Assembly (NCBI GenBank): GCA_965213675.1
Contig: OZ243916.1
Location: 1,440,001 to 1,504,000 of the forward strand
DNA from: an uncultured Candidatus Binatia bacterium
GTDB lineage: Bacteria > Desulfobacterota > Binatia > UBA9968 > JAJDTQ01
Reading direction: 5' to 3'
Length of the DNA stretch: 64,000 nucleotides
Position 1 is the first letter of the stretch; every line of letters begins with the position of its first letter. The notes below the pieces were generated by a model. The model ran no database searches and was not told the DNA's origin. It saw only the letters and a list, made by a program, of their open reading frames with translations. This document shows, piece by piece, positions 60,471 through 64,000 of the stretch. A program made the position numbers and the translations under genes.

Positions 60471-61832
60471 CTACGACGAAGGAGCCTCGATGGCGCGGAA
60501 CACCGCGTCGCGCACCTTGTCGTAGTCGGCGGGGACTTCGATGGGGGTATTGGGGTGCCGGGAGGTCACTTCCTCCAGGCGCCCCTCGTGGTACTTGATC
60601 TTGAACTCGGGGAATTTGAGGCCGTTGGCGGTGGAGATGACCACCACGCGGTGGTGCTTGCCGATGACGCCGCGGTCCACCAGTTTGAACAGGGCGGCCA
60701 GGGCCACGCCCGTGTGGGGACAGTTGAACAGGCCGGTGCGGTCGGCGCGGGCGGCGGCATCCGCCAACTCGTCCTCGGTGGCCTGCTCCACCACGCCATC
60801 GAAGTACTGCAGGGCGCGGATGGCCTTCCTGACGCTCACCGGGTTGCCGATCTGGATGGCGCTGGCCAGGGTGGGCCGGGCCTGCACGGGCTCGAACTCG
60901 TCGAAGCCGTTGAGATAGCTCAGATACAGCGGGTTGGCGCGCTCGGCCTGGGCGCAGGCGATGCGCGGCAGCTTGGAGATCATGCCCAGGTCGTGCATGA
61001 GCTTGAACCCCTTGCCCAGGGCGCTGACATTGCCCAGGTTGCCGCCGGGGATGATGACCCAGTCGGGCACCTGCCAGTCGAACTGCTGCGCCAACTCCAT
61101 GCTGACGGTCTTCTGGCCCTCCACCCGAAGGGAGTTCATGGAGTTGGCCAGGTAGATGTTGTGGCGCGTACACAGCTCCCGCACCAAGGCCATGCAGCCG
61201 TCGAAGTCGCTGTCGATGGCCAGGGTGACGGCGCCGTGGGCGATGGGCTGGATGAGTTGCGCCACCGAGACCTTGTTCCGGGGCAGGAACACGATGGCGC
61301 GGATGCCCGCCGCCGCGCAGTAGGCGGCCAGAGCGGCGGAGGTGTCGCCGGTGGAAGCGCAGGCCACCGCGGGGATATCCACCCCTTCCGATATCATCTG
61401 GCGCACCATGGACACGAGCACGGTCATGCCCAGGTCCTTGAAGGAGCCGGTGTGGCTGTTGCCGCACAGCTTGACCCAGAGGTCCTCGACGCCGATCTCC
61501 TGGCCCAGGCGCTCCGCCCAGAAGAGGTTGCTGCCCCCCTCCAGGGTCGATACGACGTTGGTGTCCGCCACGTCTGGACAGACCATCTCGCGCTTGCCCC
61601 AGACCGAGCTGCCATAGGGCCACTGGTTGCACATCAAGCGCTGGTCGAAGAGGTCGCGCCAGTATTGCGGCGTCTTCTTCCGCAGCAACTCCAGGTCATG
61701 GCGCACCTCCAGGAGATTGCCGCAGCGCGGGCACGCGTAGATGATCTCGGTGAGACCATAGCGGCCCGGACAGCCGGCGATGCACTGAAACCACGCCCTG
61801 TAGAGATCGGAGGAAATCGCCTGCGCCTGCAT
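60471..61832 (-). CDS. thrC: Threonine synthase
   Basis: [44 protein letters not shown]. Confidence 0.9.
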   Translation of the reverse strand: MQAQAISSDLYRAWFQCIAGCPGRYGLTEIIYACPRCGNLLEVRHDLELLRKKTPQYWRDLFDQRLMCNQWPYGSSVWGKREMVCPDVADTNVVSTLEGGSNLFWAERLGQEIGVEDLWVKLCGNSHTGSFKDLGMTVLVSMVRQMISEGVDIPAVACASTGDTSAALAAYCAAAGIRAIVFLPRNKVSVAQLIQPIAHGAVTLAIDSDFDGCMALVRELCTRHNIYLANSMNSLRVEGQKTVSMELAQQFDWQVPDWVIIPGGNLGNVSALGKGFKLMHDLGMISKLPRIACAQAERANPLYLSYLNGFDEFEPVQARPTLASAIQIGNPVSVRKAIRALQYFDGVVEQATEDELADAAARADRTGLFNCPHTGVALAALFKLVDRGVIGKHHRVVVISTANGLKFPEFKIKYHEGRLEEVTSRHPNTPIEVPADYDKVRDAVFRAIEAPSS

Positions 61833-61857
61833 GACTTGTCCTCTACTGCCTGCCTGG

Positions 61858-62016
61858 GAGCCTGTCGGGTTTATCGAATTGTAGCGAGAGGCAGAGAAAT
61901 GGAGGCCAGTTTCGGGCGGATTTGAGGAGAATATTGGTAATATTGGACGAAAATCCAACCGGAAATGGACCCATTTCCCTGCCTCGCAGTAGATTCTTGA
62001 TAAACCCGACAGGCTC
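61858..62016. mobile_element. MITE family A, copy 2
   Basis: 159 bp, near-identical to 5474-5632. Confidence 0.85.
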
Positions 62017-62095
62017 CCAGGGCCGGCGCAAGGCCACGGAGCCCATTCGACGCCCCTGGAAGCCTGCGGCGCAGGCTCCTGGGATCTGGCGCCGA

Positions 62096-63592
62096 CTACT
62101 GGCGGATGGCCGCGTTCTGCTCTGTGCTCGGAAACACCAGCGATTTGATGACCACGGGCACCGCGCCGGACGAGGGAATCAGCGCCCCCACGTCGATGTA
62201 GTCAAACTCCTGCAGGGCGATGCCGTCCACCGAGATGATGGGCTTGTCGAGCTTCATCTCCTCCTTGAAGTGCAGGCCGATGATGCCGCCGATGTCGCCG
62301 TCGTTGACCAGGAGCAGCGGATGCCCCTGCTCCAGCACCGGCTTGAGGCCCTCCACCACCGCCCCGCAGAAGCCCTGCAGCCGGGCGAAAGTCGCCGACC
62401 CTTCCCAGTGGAACGCCAGCGCCACGGGCTGGCGGCCGTCCCGCAAATCCAACCGCCTGAGCGCGTTGTCGATGGCGCCGACGACCTTGGCCGGATCGAT
62501 GTCGTCCTCCCATTCGAAATCGATGCGCACCACCGGAACGTTTCGCACCGGCACGGCATCCGCGGGGGAAATGAAAATGGTGCTGCCGCTGACCTGGATG
62601 GTGTACTGAGAAGCGCCGATGACGGTGGCGCGGATGCGCGCCGCCGGCTCCAGAATGGGAACGCCCAGGCTCTCCACCCGCCGGCGGATCTCCCGGCCCA
62701 GCATCGCGCCCATGTCGCCGAAGCCGTCGCCGGCGTGACCATAGATGAACTCGGACACGCCGCCCGAGAAGGTTACGGCGTCGATCTTGCCGCGATACGA
62801 CAGCGGCGGGAGCCGCAGCAATTCCCGGGTCTCGCCGGTCAACTCCTGCTGGTTCACCACCTCGAACAGCCGATCCGCCATCTCCGAGGCAATGGCCTCC
62901 AGGGTCTGCTCGTTCAGGACCTGGCCCAACTCCAGATCGACGCCCACCTTGGCGCCGTGACGCCGGCCCGCCTCTTCCACCCGCACCACCGTGTTGGCGC
63001 CGTCCATGGCCAGGAGCCGCGCGCCCACGTCGATGGCGCTGACCTCGCGCACACGACCGCCCGCGCACACCGCGATCTTGCTGGTGCCGCCGCCCACGTC
63101 GATGTTGAGCACCACCGCGTCCTCACTCCCCGAACGCGCCGCCGCACCGGAGCCGTGGGCGGCCATGGTGGTCTCGAGTCCGTCGCCGGCCGTCACCGAC
63201 ACGAACCGGCCCGCCTCGGCGGCGAACAACTCGGCGATGGCGCGTGAATTGCGCCGCCGCACCGCCACGCCCGTGAGGATCAGCGCACCGGTGTCCACGT
63301 CCTCGCGCTTGAGCGCCGCGCGCTCGTACTGCTGGTTGATGAAGCGCTCCAGACGCTCCATGTCGATGGTAAGGTCGTCGGTGTAGGGCGTGAGCAGAAT
63401 CTCCGATTCGCTCAGCACGGTGCGCTTCTTGACGACGTACCGGGTGCCTTCCTGGCTCAGCTCAAGGCGCGAGAACACCAGGTGGGACGTGGACGAACCG
63501 ATGTCCACGCCCACGCTGGTGAGCTTGATCTCGTCCTCGTCAACGATGTGCCTGCCGGAACCGGTGAAACCAAGGGAGCCTGCGTCCGCCAC
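62096..63592 (-). CDS. eutA: EutA-like reactivating-factor ATPase
   Basis: [54 protein letters not shown]. Confidence 0.85.
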   Translation of the reverse strand: MADAGSLGFTGSGRHIVDEDEIKLTSVGVDIGSSTSHLVFSRLELSQEGTRYVVKKRTVLSESEILLTPYTDDLTIDMERLERFINQQYERAALKREDVDTGALILTGVAVRRRNSRAIAELFAAEAGRFVSVTAGDGLETTMAAHGSGAAARSGSEDAVVLNIDVGGGTSKIAVCAGGRVREVSAIDVGARLLAMDGANTVVRVEEAGRRHGAKVGVDLELGQVLNEQTLEAIASEMADRLFEVVNQQELTGETRELLRLPPLSYRGKIDAVTFSGGVSEFIYGHAGDGFGDMGAMLGREIRRRVESLGVPILEPAARIRATVIGASQYTIQVSGSTIFISPADAVPVRNVPVVRIDFEWEDDIDPAKVVGAIDNALRRLDLRDGRQPVALAFHWEGSATFARLQGFCGAVVEGLKPVLEQGHPLLLVNDGDIGGIIGLHFKEEMKLDKPIISVDGIALQEFDYIDVGALIPSSGAVPVVIKSLVFPSTEQNAAIRQ

Positions 63593-63601
63593 GAAAGACC
63601 C

Positions 63602-64000
63602 CTAGGCAAGCGGCTGGTAGATCTCACCGGGCATCTTGGACTTCATTCCTTCCTTGGCCAGGGTCTCTTCGAACTCCTGGCGCAGGAACGGATCCTCGTC
63701 CCGATAGGCGATGGCCGTGCCGCCGTCCTTGATCTCGATGGCGCCGTAGTCGATGGCCTTCTCGCCGGGGCGGCCGCGCTCGCGTCCGGGAGCGTGGGGG
63801 CCGAACCACGCCGACAGCCGCAGGGGCTCCGCGCTCACCCCGAAGTGGGCATGGAACCAGTTGCCGCCCATGGGCGCCGCGCTCACCATGCCCACGGGCT
63901 CGTAGTCCTGCCGCCGCACCCCTTCGGCCTTGCCGTCCTTCCACGGCGTCGGACCCAGGGTGGAGGGCCAAGTGTAGGTGTAGCCCTTGCCCTTGACACA
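63602..64000 (-). CDS. Cupin-domain protein, 3' part (begins beyond the window)
   Basis: CVKGKGYTYTWP...GNWFHAHF...IAYRDEDP. Confidence 0.65.
   Translation of the reverse strand, partial: CVKGKGYTYTWPSTLGPTPWKDGKAEGVRRQDYEPVGMVSAAPMGGNWFHAHFGVSAEPLRLSAWFGPHAPGRERGRPGEKAIDYGAIEIKDGGTAIAYRDEDPFLRQEFEETLAKEGMKSKMPGEIYQPLA

Noticed and set aside
61833-61958. 42-aa N-terminal extension of thrC
   Set aside because: Derived from read-through of the MITE A copy; an RBS-like GAGGA precedes ATG 61832

Overview
High-GC bacterial genomic window. Gene content resembles Deltaproteobacteria/Candidatus Binatia-like, possibly sponge-associated organisms (inference). Most of it is metabolic genes: an orphan nuoB-Rieske-Grx4-truncated haemoglobin-SagB run, SDRs, amidase and amidohydrolases, hydantoinase A/B, an LLM oxidoreductase, folD-gcvT-gcvH-gcvP, crotonase-ALDH, thrC and eutA. 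Four things stand out. (1) An unannotated selenoprotein, an AhpC/TSA-like protein with a UxxC motif, in-frame UGA and SECIS-like hairpin (31003-31509). (2) A SAM-I riboswitch-controlled moeB / thrC-like / sulfur-carrier / cysM operon, predicting protein-thiocarboxylate-dependent homocysteine and cysteine synthesis. (3) A decayed defence/mobile island at about 39-43.2 kb with HsdR, type III Res, autotransporter and IS21 fragments, a frameshifted IS3 and a nonsense-inactivated toxin. (4) At least three families of MITE-like elements plus REP-like palindromes in the intergenic DNA. No rRNA, tRNA or CRISPR array was recognised. All family assignments come from motif recognition, not database searches.
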